Assembly (NCBI GenBank): GCA_035221665.1
Contig: CM069133.1
Span: 116,374,001 to 116,438,000 of the forward strand
DNA: 64,000 bases
Source of the DNA: Okamejei kenojei
Taxonomy: Eukaryota
Reading direction: 5' to 3'
Shown: in pieces, positions 1 through 12,182 of the stretch
Layout: the number at the start of each line of letters is the position of its first letter
Numbering within the stretch: position 1 is the first letter of the stretch
Notes under the pieces: generated by a model
What the model saw: the letters and a program-made list of their open reading frames with translations, nothing else
What the model was told of the DNA's origin: nothing
The model's database searches: none
Position numbers and translations under genes: made by a program

Positions 1-390
1 GAATCTCATAGTTTCCATAGCTACTCTACTTTTTTCCCTTACCTCACAGAGTTCAATATCCTTCTCCTTGGTGAATACCGAAGAAAAGAAATTGTTCAAT
101 ATCTCCCCCATCTCTTTTGGCTCTGCAGATAGCTGTCCATTCTGGTTCTCTAATGGTCCAATTTTATCCCTCGTTATCCTTTTGCTATTAATATAGCTGT
201 AGAAACCCTTTGGATTTACTTTCACCTTTCTTGCCAAAGCAACCTCATATCTTCTTTTAACCTTCCTAATTTCTTTCTTAAGATTCTTTTTACATTCTTT
301 ATACTCCGCTAGCACCTCATTTACTCCATGCCTCCTATAATTCTTGTAGATATCTCTCTTTTTTCGAAACAAGTGTCTAATTTCCCTTGT
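1..390 (-). mobile_element. CR1 LINE ORF2 fragment
   Basis: The minus strand translates to KGFYSYINSKRITRDKIGPL...EILNNFFSSVFTKE, homologous to the ORF2 at 36787-38157. Confidence 0.8.
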
Positions 391-595
391 ATTTGAGGTA
401 GTTGAGGTCAGTTCATTGGCTATATTTAAGAGGGAGTTAGATGTGGCCCTTGTGGCTAAGGGGATCAGGGGGTATGAAGAGAAGGCAGGTACGGGAAACT
501 GAGTTGGATGATCAGCCATGATCATATTGAATGGCGGTGCAGGCCCGAAGGACCGAATGGCCTACTCCTGCACCTATTTCCTATGTTTCTATGTT
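391..595 (+). mobile_element. CR1 LINE 3' end with (TTCTATGT)n tail
   Basis: Near-identical to the 3' ends at about 9935-10124 and 36575-36790. Confidence 0.85.
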
Positions 596-807
596 ACACA
601 CCAGGGGTAATTTACAGCGGCCAATTAACCTACAAACCTGGGATGTGGGAGGAAACCAGAGAACCTGGAGGAAACCCACACAGTCACACACGCAGTCACA
701 GGGAGAATGTGCAAATTCCACACACACTGTACACAAGGCCAGGAATAAACTCGGGTCCTTTGCACTGTGAGGCAGCAGCTCTACCAGCTGTGACACTGCT
801 CCACCCT
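596..807 (-). mobile_element. tRNA-derived SINE (HE1/V-SINE-like)
   Basis: The minus strand has a tRNA-like head with degenerate A/B boxes. Its core (gtgggtttcctcc...tcctcccaca) is shared with copies at about 19940, 25942 and 45476. Confidence 0.75.
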
Positions 808-901
808 TAGGAGGAAAGATCATTTTACTGCAAACATTCCTTTTCCTGACCAATACATGTCTGTGTGCAAGTAGAGTAACCATTTCCCAATTATTTCTCT
901 A

Positions 902-1216
<315 letters not shown>

Positions 1217-1951
1217 TCACTGCATCAAACAGCACATTATTTCTGCAACATTACAAAATGTTAAATACAACAAATCCATAGTATTTCCTGAATGCTAAAG
1301 TCAGAACTTGAAATGTTTGTGGTTTTTCATTTGTCTAGGTCCCCGATTTGTCTAACAGGTGCTCAAGACATCTACATTCCAGTATGGTTCCAGTTGCCCA
1401 ACAGAGTCCCTTTCGGAATATATCTTACATGTGCAAGTCCAGAGGGCAAAGGTGAAGGTCAGTGAAGTCAATGTTCAAAGACCAAGTGTGATGGTGCACT
1501 GTTGGAACTGAACAAGCACATATTTATTGCTTTCAATTATGAACTTATCCAGAGCTAAAAGAGAAGAAACCTGCTTATCCATCAAGCCTATTACCACCAA
1601 CAACTTCCATTGGCAGCATAAATATCTACAGTGCATTAGTGTGCTAAGCAATAGTCAGTGCGATCAGTTCTAACTAGTGCTCTATGTGGACTATGTTACT
1701 ATCTCATTCAAATATTGATGCATGGCTTTGGAACTATCTCACTGATAGCCCTCTCATCCACTCCTTGAGAATAATCATTACCAGGCCAACAGCGGCTGAG
1801 AATGACATGTTTCTATTCCTGTTTGTTGAGACCTGGTACCCAGAGTGATTCAACAGCAACAGGACAAGTGGTACAATTCTACTGAAAGTCAATTACAAGG
1901 CATTTTCCTCATGCAATTTTTAGATTAGCAGAATTATTATTATACACTCAC

Positions 1952-2025
1952 GGTTTTCCTCCGGGGATGCCACTTAAGTTTGGAGGAATGCCTGGTACAC
2001 GTATGTGATGTGGATCAAATCCAAC
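1952..2025 (-). CDS. TLE4: TLE4 exon (equiv. exon 14): VGFDPHHIRVPGIPPNLSGIPGGKP
   Basis: 74 nt, tctaaaaaag|GTT...AAA CC|gtgagt, phase 0-2. Confidence 0.93.
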
Positions 2026-2298
2026 CTTTTTTAGACAGAAATAAATTATAGTTAATTTGCCACATTTACATGAAGAGCAAATAATAAACCAGGCTTTTTA
2101 AAAAAAAAAAAAAAAAACCTCTTAAACATTCATACAAAAAGCTTTCATTGTTATCAATTTCCACTTTAACACCAGTTTAGGGGCACAAAATAAACTTTAT
2201 TCCTTAATTCAAAAAACATTCAAATAAGCAGCCATCTTAAAGATAAAAATAATATAGTTGGGACAAATTAGGATTAAAAATTCACTTAATTGACTCAC

Positions 2299-2483
2299 CA
2301 CTGGAGATCGGCTGTAAGCAGCTGCCGCGGCTGCAGCAGCTGCTGCTGCACTCATCTGAGGGGAGATATTATGTAAACCTGCATATGTCCCTGGACTCGT
2401 TAGATCTCCATTCATACCAGTGTGGGGCACAATTCCAAAAGGAGCAGGATAAGGACATGGAACTGCCATAGGAGTCCTCAAGC
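2299..2483 (-). CDS. TLE4: TLE4 exon (equiv. exon 13), SP domain with 11-Ala tract
   Basis: 185 nt, tttacag|GC TTG AGG...CCA GTG|gtgagt, phase 1-0. Encodes [20 protein letters not shown]...YSRSPV. Confidence 0.94.
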
Positions 2484-2792
2484 CTGTAAATCACCAAATT
2501 CTGAAATCAGTGAATGGAAGCTCAAAGTATCTGCAACAGCTGAATGTTCTCAGCTGAACATTATCAATCAATTAAATTAGAGGGGGGGGATGGTCTATGT
2601 TGTGCTGCTGTCTGCAATTTGCTTCCTGTAACAACATTTTCCAGATATAAATTGTATTATAATTGTTTTTGTAATTCTAAACCAATGTGAAAGCAATTGA
2701 TTCTGTTCCATTAAAATGCAAAACCATGCCAATAGTAAATATAACATCGTCAGATCTAAAAAGTCAACCATTTTTAATAAACCATTTGCTAC

Positions 2793-2925
2793 CTATTGGA
2801 TCAAGTCCTAGTGGTTTGCCAGAGATAGGCCTCAATCCTGGAGTGGAAGCACTTCCTGGAGTTGACGCATCTGATCGTGGAGTTGGAGTATTAGACTTTG
2901 GCACAGGAGTAGTTGATTTTTCATT
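2793..2925 (-). CDS. TLE4: TLE4 exon (equiv. exon 12), SP domain: [44 protein letters not shown]
   Basis: 133 nt, tgtacag|AAT...ATA G|gtagca, phase 0-1. Confidence 0.93.
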
Positions 2926-3440
2926 CTGTACAAAAGCAAGAAAGTGTTTTGTCAATACTGTAACTACAAAATAATACACCAATCATTCACTGGATATTAG
3001 TATTGTAATAGTAGTGGAAATTACCATCAACCGATATTTTAATGCCAACAATGCATTTGCCCGAGTTCAATACCAAATTTGTTAATAACTTTGTCAAGAT
3101 CTTTGCAAGATGCATGAATTACAAGAGAGTTGGGGACTCTCTGATGCAGGGTCTGCAATAGAGACAACAGCTTATTTTTCACAGATACTAATCAACTTAC
3201 TATGTACTTTCATCAATTTCTCTTTCAGACTTGGATATGTAGTTTTGCTACTTTCCAAAGATTATATATTTGACTTCCGACTGAAATTCACTACTTTTGC
3301 AGACAATTATGGTTGGTAAGTTATATCCTGTCATAAGGTTGTGCTGACTTAATGAAAAGCAGAAGTTTACTAAATTGGAATGTGCATCTATTGCAACTAT
3401 TCAGCTGCAATTTAAGGAGAAGTATGGACACAATACTCAC

Positions 3441-3593
3441 AAGACTCATTTCTTTGGATTTTGTAGAAGGAGTACTACTAGAAGAAGCAATTGAAGCTGG
3501 GCTTATGGGTGCATCCTTTTTTAAGAGGCGAGATTTATCTAAACCATTTTCCCGTGGTGAATGAGGTGGACTACCTCTTGGTGAAGTTGGGTC
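3441..3593 (-). CDS. TLE4: TLE4 exon (equiv. exon 11): [51 protein letters not shown]
   Basis: 153 nt, tgtttag|GAC...CTT|gtgagt, phase 0-0. Confidence 0.95.
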
Positions 3594-4039
3594 CTAAACA
3601 AAAAAATATGTTGAGTGGGCATATTTTAAAACAAAAATAAAAAGACTATACCTGTAGGAAACTATATATAAGATGGCAGCAACACATTGTAACAAGATGC
3701 AGTTTAATGTTCAATAGATATACTGTGATTGCACAAAATTCATTAAACTTCATGTAAATACTATTGAGAAACACCGAATTGGCCACCATATATTTTGAGA
3801 GAAAATAACACAGTCAGTGTACAACTTGGAGGAAGTAGAAATTAATCATCTTGTGAAGTAGCCAACTTGGGAAAGATGGCATTTACTTAGTGCAATACTT
3901 CCTTTAACAACCATCCTTGCATTCATAGCTCTTCTTCAGTATTCTCGGATATAAATACAGAAAAGAGGAGCAACTATGAATAACTGATCAAATCAATATT
4001 TTGTATGCAGGTGAAAACTGTGCTGCCATTTTCAAGGAT

Positions 4040-5170
4040 CTATGGATTTGCACCCCAAGATGCTTCCGTGCAACAATGCTCTGAAGGGTCCTGCCATTTA
4101 CTGTGTTCCTTCCCCATACATTTGATCTTCCAAATTGCATGTCACATTTGTCCAGATTAAACTCCAATCTTATGGAACAGCTACCTTGTCAAATGCCTTC
4201 CCATAGTCCATGTAGATAACATCCACTACTCTATACTCATCAATCCTCTTAGTCATCTCCTCAAAAAATAAACTAAAATCAAGTTTGCCCTGCACAAAGC
4301 CATGCCAACTATTCCTAATACGCCTATATTTTTCCTTATGCAAGTAAATCCTATCCAATAGACAATAGGTGCAGGAGTAGGCCATTTGGCCCTTCGAGCC
4401 AGCACCATCATTCAATGTGATCATGGCTGATCATCCACAATCAGTACCCCGGTGCTGCCTTCTCCCCATATCCGCTGTCTTTAAGAGCCCTATCTAGCTC
4501 CTATCTTTAAGAGCCCCAACTAGCTAGAATTCATCCTGCCACTGACGCAAGGCTCGTTGAACTATAATTTCTTGGATAATCCACATTGGACAATCATAAT
4601 GCCACCTTAAACAAAGGAACAACATTGGCTACTCTTCAGTCCTTTAGAGCCTTGGCTGTGGCTAGAAATAGGACATACTAAAGTACAGGGCAGAAACAGA
4701 CCCTTCGGGCCTAGAATGTCAGTGCCGAATATGATACCAAGATAAAACACTCAACTGCCTGCACATAATCCATTCCTTGCATAATCATGTTCACATTAAA
4801 ATCCTCTTAAATGCCACTATCATATCTGTCTATGACAGTGTGTTCCAGGCATCTACCAAGCTCAGTATAAAAGAAGGAGCCCCACTCATCTTCTGTTAAC
4901 CTTGCCTCTCTCACCTTAAAGCTATGTCCGCTAATCTTTGACATTTCCAACCTGGGAAAAAAAGTGCTGACTTAAATTTGCCTTTCATTACAATTTAGCA
5001 ATTCCATGCCTTCCACCATTCCCAGATCCCTGAGGTCCAGTCTTATTCTTATCCATAACTATCTTAAAACTGAAGGAGTTGTGATGGCTTTTTCCAAACT
5101 GCTCTCCCACTGAAACCCAATCACCGGTCAGGCTAATTTCTTAATTCCTAATACAAGGTCCAGTATTGTC
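4040..5170 (-). mobile_element. Cluster of degenerate CR1 fragments, including a 3' UTR at about 4358-4520
   Basis: RT remnant VDVIYMDYGKAFDKV in ORF 4170-4424, plus the CR1 3' UTR motif ggtgcaggagtaggccatt. Confidence 0.7.
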
Positions 5171-6059
5171 TCTCCCCCCCCCCCCCTCCCTAAAGTAACT
5201 TGGCAGCATATTAAAAATATATGTAAATGTCCTGCATCTCATACTTGCAAGTAGCAATACGGAAAGGTTCCTGTTGACTATCTTGCTCAGTGCATTTGAG
5301 TTACAGTGATTTTTCCACCTGGCTACTTGTGTTTCTGTTTGTAATGTAATAACATTCTATTACACCAATGGCTCCAGAATGAGTGGCTCTTGAATACAAC
5401 AATCAATAATGAGGGGGTGATTCGTGGTATTCCAAATTGCCGCTCTGCCAATAGATTTCACTCTGACACTAAGAGTACCTGGCCAGAGTACCTCAACTTT
5501 GCACCAGGGTCAGCATCTCCATTCATATCAATCAGATCAGGAGTAAGTCGTGACGACAGAAGTACGTTTGGTTATGTGATATCTTATTTTTGTTACATTT
5601 ATGTTAATTAATTGTGAGTGGTTGAAGCTATTAAGTAAAGTTATTATTTAAATCTCTTTGAAATATTCGAAAAAGTATTTCATTATGAGAGAGATGTAAA
5701 TTAAAGCGAAAAGATCTTTGATAGAAATGAAGTGCCAGAGAGAAGTCAGTCATTCTGGGAGAGACGGATGGGATGGGAAAGGAGAGGGGCTCAGCATTGC
5801 CATTTGCAGCATGTGCCACTTTACATGACTGGCACACAGCAGGGCTTCAAGTACAACTGAAAGCTGAGATCTTAATGCTGTGCAACTCTGGAAAAGCTGG
5901 AGGGCAGGTTGGGTGAGGAGGGGAGGGGGGGGGGGGGAAGAAAGGGTGCACGGCTGCTGTTTTTTTTATATTCCGAAGGTCTCATATTTGATCTCCATTA
6001 ATCATTCATTGGAGAATCCGATTCAGAAATTCAGAAGGATAAACTTAGGGTAGAGTACA

Positions 6060-6390
6060 AAACATTTACCCTTATCTGAGGTTTCTACAATTGGAGAGGG
6101 GGGAAGGGAGGGAAGGCATAGGTTTAAGGGAAGGGTGATGGTATTTAAAGGCATTTGAAGATTTTTTTCTCACCTGAAAAAAATGGCTGAGATTTTGAAA
6201 AAATAACTGAGGGGATTGTGGAGGGAGATATTCTCAAATAATTTTTAGTAGTATTTGGTTGGAACATTGTAGCCTTGAAGAGTATAGACTGAATGCTGGA
6301 TGTGGCATTAGTACAGAGAGGTACTCAATGGCCAACACAGACAGGATAGGCTGAAGGGCCTGCTTCATGCTGCATGACAATATCTGACTC
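6060..6390 (+). mobile_element. Old CR1 3' relic
   Basis: Decayed similarity to the CR1 ORF2 C-terminus and UTR seen in younger copies. Confidence 0.55.
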
Positions 6391-6479
6391 ATAAAGTAGG
6401 ACCAGCTCTCGTTCAGTTTTCTCATCGAATTCCACTGAGAGTTTATCTGAAATTCCATGTTCCAATATCAAGTGCCACC

Positions 6480-7200
6480 TTCTCATCCAAGGAAATCACT
6501 TTCACATCACCACTGGAATTCAGATTTTGTCCTCTTTGGACAAGGCTGTAATAGGCTCAGGAGACAAATAGTCTCAGCAAAATCCAAACTCAGTATAGAT
6601 GAGCTGGTCACCGGTGATTTAGTACTGCTTGATGGAGCAAGTCATTGACAATGCTATCCATTTAATGTTGACTAATGGAGCTACGATTGACTGGATTAGA
6701 TTCGTCCTGCATTTTCATGGACGTGATGGACCTGGGCTGTATTTTATATTATTGATTCCGTATCACTATTGTAAACTTACTGGAACATTTCAGTTCGAGA
6801 TATGACTAGCGTTGAGTGCAAAACATTTATATTTTCCATGCTCTCAGCCATTTATTGTTATCATGAAAAGTGAATCTAATTAGTTTAAGACTGGTTTCTA
6901 TGTCCACAGCAAAAAGCCAAGGTTGATTGCCCATTCAGTACTTCTGACTGAAAATGGTTAGAAATCTGTGTTTTCGTTGGCTGTCTTGTGCTCGTCTCTA
7001 CCATCATTGAGAATAGGACTGTATTAAAGCTTCCACCTCTTTAGTTATCCACTTCTATACACAAATGGGCATAGGAGGACTGCAAAGCTTTGGTATCATC
7101 CATTAGTCATTGGATTGCTTAGGTCTGTGTAATACATACTGCTTTAGCTATACAATTTCCCCGTATTCCACTGTTGTAACTTTGCCAAGTTGGCGCCTAA
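6480..7200 (-). mobile_element. Old LINE (L2/CR1-like) relic
   Basis: Recognised only as decayed RT-like sequence. The family assignment is uncertain. Confidence 0.35.
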
Positions 7201-7974
7201 TGTTTTAATAGATTAAATGTCTAGCCACGTTAAATTGTGCAAATGTCCATAAAAGAAAACAGAACCACATAAGGAATTAAGAAATAATCAAAAGCCTTGT
7301 TGCAGATGCAAAAAGAGGTAGATTTAAAGGCAGGGAAGCTGGAACAAACTAGGCAACTAAAAGCACAGACACTAATTAAAAGAGCAGACACTTTCATTAT
7401 TTGCAGACTGACAGAGACTGCAGCAATGGAGAATCAAAAACAAACATGGTGATTTGAAAACAAGGCAAAAGAAATTCAGCCAATGCCACACCTGAAGCTA
7501 ACAGAGTCAGCAAGCATAGAGTGATGGCTCAAGATGACTAGGTTCAGGTTTGGGTAACAGAACTTTAGGCAAGATCAAGCTAAATCGTCCTCCAGCATTA
7601 ACACCAAGAGCTTTAGCAGACAAGCTGATGAAGTGCAGTTATTAATAAACTCGGTTGGTAAATGATCAGGTATGTGAAAAATGCTAATTTCCTATTCTCC
7701 ACTAATTATGATTAGTCTTTCCCACGATAAATTATCTCCTAGACCAATATATTGCAGATACGGGAAATCTGAAATTAAAAACTAAATGCTCTATATATTC
7801 AGAAAATCAGGCCACATCTGAAGAAGGAGGTAACTTTGTTTCTTTCTATTGATGATAGTTTACTTGCCAAGTATTTCCAGCACAATTTACTTTTAAATTT
7901 CCTTTAAAATTTCCTTTAATATTTGTGATGGTCATATCTTCAGTTATATTGAGAGGCTTCCTCGTGTCAAGCTT

Positions 7975-8160
7975 CCATCTTGTGGGTATATTGAGGTGGT
8001 AGTTGAGGCAGGTGCTATAAAAACTTTTAATAGACATTTGAACAGATACATGGATAGGAAACTAACATGGGCAAATGGGGCTGGTGTAGATGGAGCATCT
8101 TGGTTGGCATGGATAAGTTGATCGAGGGGCCTGTTTCTGTGTTGTATGACTCTGACTCGA
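7975..8160 (+). mobile_element. CR1 3' end relic
   Basis: gaggtggtagttgaggcaggt...gggcctgtttctgtgttgtatgactctgactc. Confidence 0.65.
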
Positions 8161-8338
8161 TGATTAATGTCCAGTTAATTACAAATCTTTCATTTTTTGA
8201 AGATTTGATGCTAGTAAATCTTTTAAACAGAAGTTTAACAATAATTTGAAAAACTGCAGTATAATACTACGGCAACAAAGTATGTTAAATTCCAGCACTG
8301 ATTAAATAATTTATGTCAATATTCCCAGATCTACAAAC

Positions 8339-8392
8339 CTCATTGGAAACATCAACCACCAGGTTGTCATCACTCTTCTCCCCATCGCTATC
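8339..8392 (-). CDS. TLE4: TLE4 exon (equiv. exon 10): DSDGEKSDDNLVVDVSNE
   Basis: 54 nt, ttttatag|GAT...GAG|gtttgt, phase 0-0. Carries the CcN-domain DSDGEKSD motif. Confidence 0.95.
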
Positions 8393-9466
8393 CTATAAAA
8401 TATATAGAAATAATGTGTTATTTTATTTTTATATTTGATTAAATAATAGCAATGCTAGAGTCTCTAACAGCCAAATTGTTAATTATAGAAAGCTAACTAA
8501 GGGAAAAACTAGACCAAGCTTTGACAAGTGTAAGTAACTGGTATAAAATGGCCAGAAAGTGATATTTCTTAACACCAGGTACAGCCATATTCCTTGCTTT
8601 ACTTTGTCGCAACCGTCTTCTCTTTTCCACTGAGCTAGGATCATGGCAATTTGCATGCACAAGACAAAGTATGCATCTGAAAGTTTATAAAATTACTGAT
8701 TTCAAAAATCTGGAATAGTGGTGGAGAAGGAAATAACACGCTCACAAAACACATCTATATTTTCTTACTTAAATGTTGATACTAATGTTTATTCCAACAA
8801 TAAAAGGACACATTTTCAGATAATCAAGATTAATGATCATCTATCTTTGGACCACAGTCTAATAGGGTTTAACTAGGAGCCCAGCTCCCAGCAAATTAGC
8901 TGCGTGGCGTGCAGCACAATGCTGTGTCAGCACAAGCAGCCTGATCTACTCGTCTTTTAGTTTTGACAACTGGTAAAGCTTCAGTCAAAACTGTCACCAT
9001 TATAAAAATATTCTGGTTTTAATACTAAAACAATATTCTTTAAATAATTGAAGGTTTTTTCAGCTAAATTAATTAAATTGGAAAAAAGCCCTAATTGCTA
9101 TTCTCCTGGCAACTGATTATTTCCTTTAATTTGGCAAGGTCTCCTGTACTTGTGCCAGGTCTAACCTTTTGCAAGCTCAGCAATCAGATTTCCCAGCCTG
9201 AGAGATGGGAAGGTTGGAGAGGGTTGTGTGCCCCATTGAATGATGGGTTGCAGAGGCAGACGGCAGTACAGCTGGCAAGGCAGAAGATGCCGTTGCTGAC
9301 GCAAGTCATTGCCTGCATTGGATAGCAAAACCTCCACAAAGAAACAAAGGAAAGATTTTGCCTACAAGCTGGTACAAGAATGGAAGATCAGCCCCATTCG
9401 GTCAATGATGTAGAATTTCACAAAAAGCATCACTTTTTCTAAAGTTAAAGGCAATTCCTGTAAAAG

Positions 9467-10124
9467 CGGCAGTGAAAAAAGCGAACGGTATGTTAGCTTT
9501 CATAGCAAAAGGATTTGAGTACAGGAGCAGGGAGGTTCTACTTCAGTTGTACAGGGTCTTGGTGAGACCACACCTGGAGTATTGCGTGCAGTTTTGGTCT
9601 CCAAATCTGAGGAAGGACATTATTGCCATAGAGGGAGTGCAGAGAAGGTTCACCAGACTGATTCCTGGGATGTCAGGACTGTCTTATGAAGAAAGACTGG
9701 ATAGACTCGGTTTATACTCTCTGGAATTTAGGAGATTAAGAGGGGATCTTATAGAAACTTACAAAATTCTTAAGGGGTTGGACAGGCTAGATGCAGGAAG
9801 ATTGTTCCCGATGTTGGGGAAGTCCAGGACAAGGGGTCACAGCTTAAGGATAAGGGGGAAATCCTTTAAGACCGAGATGAGAAAGACTTTCTTCACACAG
9901 AGAGTGGTGAGTCTCTGGAACTCTCTGCCACAGAGGGTAGTTGAGGCCAGTTCATTGGCTATATTTAAGAGTGAGTTGGATGTGGCCCTTGTGGCTAAGG
10001 GGATCAGAGGGTATGGAGAGAAGGCAGGTACGGGATACTGAGTTGGATGATCAGCCATGATTATTGAATGGCGGTGCAGGCTCGAAGGGCTGAATTACTC
10101 CTGCACCTAATTTCTATGTTTCTA
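9467..10124 (+). mobile_element. Young 5'-truncated CR1 LINE with uninterrupted ORF2 C-terminus (9472-10041)
   Basis: ORF LYRVLVRPHLEYCVQFWSP...RRLRGDLIETYKIL, TTCTATGT tail, flanking direct repeat TGTAAAAG (9459-9466 and 10125-10132). Confidence 0.93.
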
Positions 10125-10240
10125 TGTAAAAGTATCTTTAAGGTAATCAAGGAGTCCATAGTCATATACACGGTGAGGAAGAATAAATTACAGAATAATT
10201 TGCTTAATTACAATAAAACCAACATTTTATGAGGGCATTT

Positions 10241-10360
10241 CTAACGTTTTGCTAAATCTTTATCATCTGTCTTCTGCTTCTTACTATCTGAGGAGTAGTC
10301 ATTTGAACCTCTGTGCTTCTCAGCAGCTCTGAAACTAGCTGATGGAGACACTGAGGAACT
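10241..10360 (-). CDS. TLE4: TLE4 exon (equiv. exon 9), CcN/NLS region: SSSVSPSASFRAAEKHRGSNDYSSDSKKQKTDDKDLAKR then TAG; donor missing
   Basis: Good acceptor ccttttcag|AGT and 39 codons homologous to TLE4. Codon 40 is TAG (10241-10243), followed by AAATGC rather than GT. Confidence 0.85.
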   Translation of the reverse strand, partial: SSSVSPSASFRAAEKHRGSNDYSSDSKKQKTDDKDLAKR

Positions 10361-11566
10361 CTGAAAAGGCAAACATCATTTATTTTAATATCTTTCAACA
10401 ATAGTCATTCATATCAATTAAAAAAAATGTGCTTTATTTACCTTTTTTCTATTTTATCTAAGCTGTATTAGCACTTTAGTTACATTTTATTGCAATATCC
10501 TATCCACTAACTATTATAAACACATCTACAGCAGCATGTTTGCCAATTTGATGTGATAGTACAACTGATCAAAAACCTGCATTTGTAGCTTTTCATGTTG
10601 CCCACAAACATATCAAAATAGTCATTTATATTACTGATGTGCATTAATGGAAAGAGTACAATCTCGCAATAAATGATACAATTTTCACTATTGAGAGTGT
10701 AATGATGCATTAAGTGTAACCATGTTAACCTTCATAATGTCATCCACAGCTTTTTTCTGTTAGGTTCTCCTCATCCAATACTGCTATCTTCACAGCTCTG
10801 TATTGGCTCCCAGTCTCTCAATATATTGAATTTAAAAAGTTTAAATTCCAAGTATTTTCACACCCTTTTCCCCCCACAATCTCTATTAGCCCTGCAACCC
10901 TTTCAAACCCATTGGCTTAGTTTGGATCTACTGCACACTGTGGGCAGGTCTTTTACACAAACTGATTCAAGCTCTGGATTTCAATTGGAACCCCATCAGA
11001 ATTTCTTTTAGACTTGTCCCTTCATACAAGGCTCTGATATTTTCTTCAAAAATTGCTCTTTACCCAGAGCATAGAATTCAAACAGGTGGTACTGCGCGGT
11101 GCAAGCATTATGTTGATGTACATCAAAATTAATTATTTCTAAATTAGATAGTTTCAGGATTCAAGTGCACCACTCTGGAAATTCAACCCAGCACTTCTAG
11201 TTGCAAATCAAATTTATACAAAAAATACATGTTTTGCATTAGAGAAACATGGAATGATTAAATTCCATTACCATCACGTTAATATGTCATTTCCCATGAA
11301 ATTGGGTCAAAATGTTCTGAGGTCCACCTACTGTTAGGCCACAGAAAATGTCATATTTTAATAGGTCTTATTTGTTAATGGGTTCCTGGGGAACAACATT
11401 TTCCACATAGAGGGTGTTGGGTATACAGAATGAGTCGTCAGTGGTAATAATTGAAACAGGTCCAATAAAACCATTTAAATGTCATTTGGATGTACATGGA
11501 TAGGAAAAGTTGAGGGATATGGACCAAACGCAGGAAAATGAGATGGGTAAACTTGCTTAGATGGGG

Positions 11567-12182
11567 GGTACACAAAAAGCTGGAGAAACTCAGCGGGTGC
11601 AGCAGCATCTAAGGAGCGAAGGAGATAGGCGACGTTTCGGGTCGACACCCTTCTTCAGACTGGTCAGGGATCAGGGAAACGAGAGATATAGACGGTGATG
11701 TGGAGAGATAAGGAACAATGAATGAAAGATATGCAAAAAAGTATCGATGATAAAGGGAACAAGCCATTGTAAGCTGTTTGTGGTGTGAAAATGAGAAGCT
11801 GGTGCGACTGGGGTGGGGGAGGGAGATAGAGATAGAGGGAATGCCAGGGCCCGAGGGCTGAGGGAGAGGTGGGAAGGGGAGGAGACAGCAAGGGTTAACA
11901 GAATTGAGAAAATTCAATATTCAAGCCCAAAGGATGCAGACTCCCCAAGCGGAATATGAGGTGCTGTTCCTCCAGCTTGCGGTGTTGCTCACTCTGGCCG
12001 TGGAGGAGGCCCAGGACCGAGAGGTCGGATACGGAATATGGGAGGGGGAGTTGAAGTGCTGAGCCACCGGGAGGTCGGGTTGGTTATTGCGGACCGAGCG
12101 GAGGTGTTCGGCGAAGCGATCGCCAAGCCTCCGCTTGGTCTCACCGATATAGATCATCTGGCATCTGGAGCAGCGGATGCAG
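11567..12182 (-). mobile_element. Penelope-like element, 3' part (GIY-YIG endonuclease plus terminal repeat), inserted in an old CR1 3' end
   Basis: IYCIRCSRCQMIYIGETKRRLGDRFAEH is a GIY-YIG motif. Flanking direct repeat TAGATGGGG (11558-11566 and 12183-12191). The host CR1 continues on both sides. Confidence 0.88.

Noticed and set aside
2316-2350. Poly-Ala tract as a repeat expansion
   Set aside because: Mixed Ala codons, and the 11-residue length matches human TLE4 as recalled.
10241-10290. Rescue of exon 9 by internal donors A|GTAAGA or C|GTTAGA
   Set aside because: Both are phase 1, whereas exons 10 and 11 start in phase 0 and offer no phase-1 AG.
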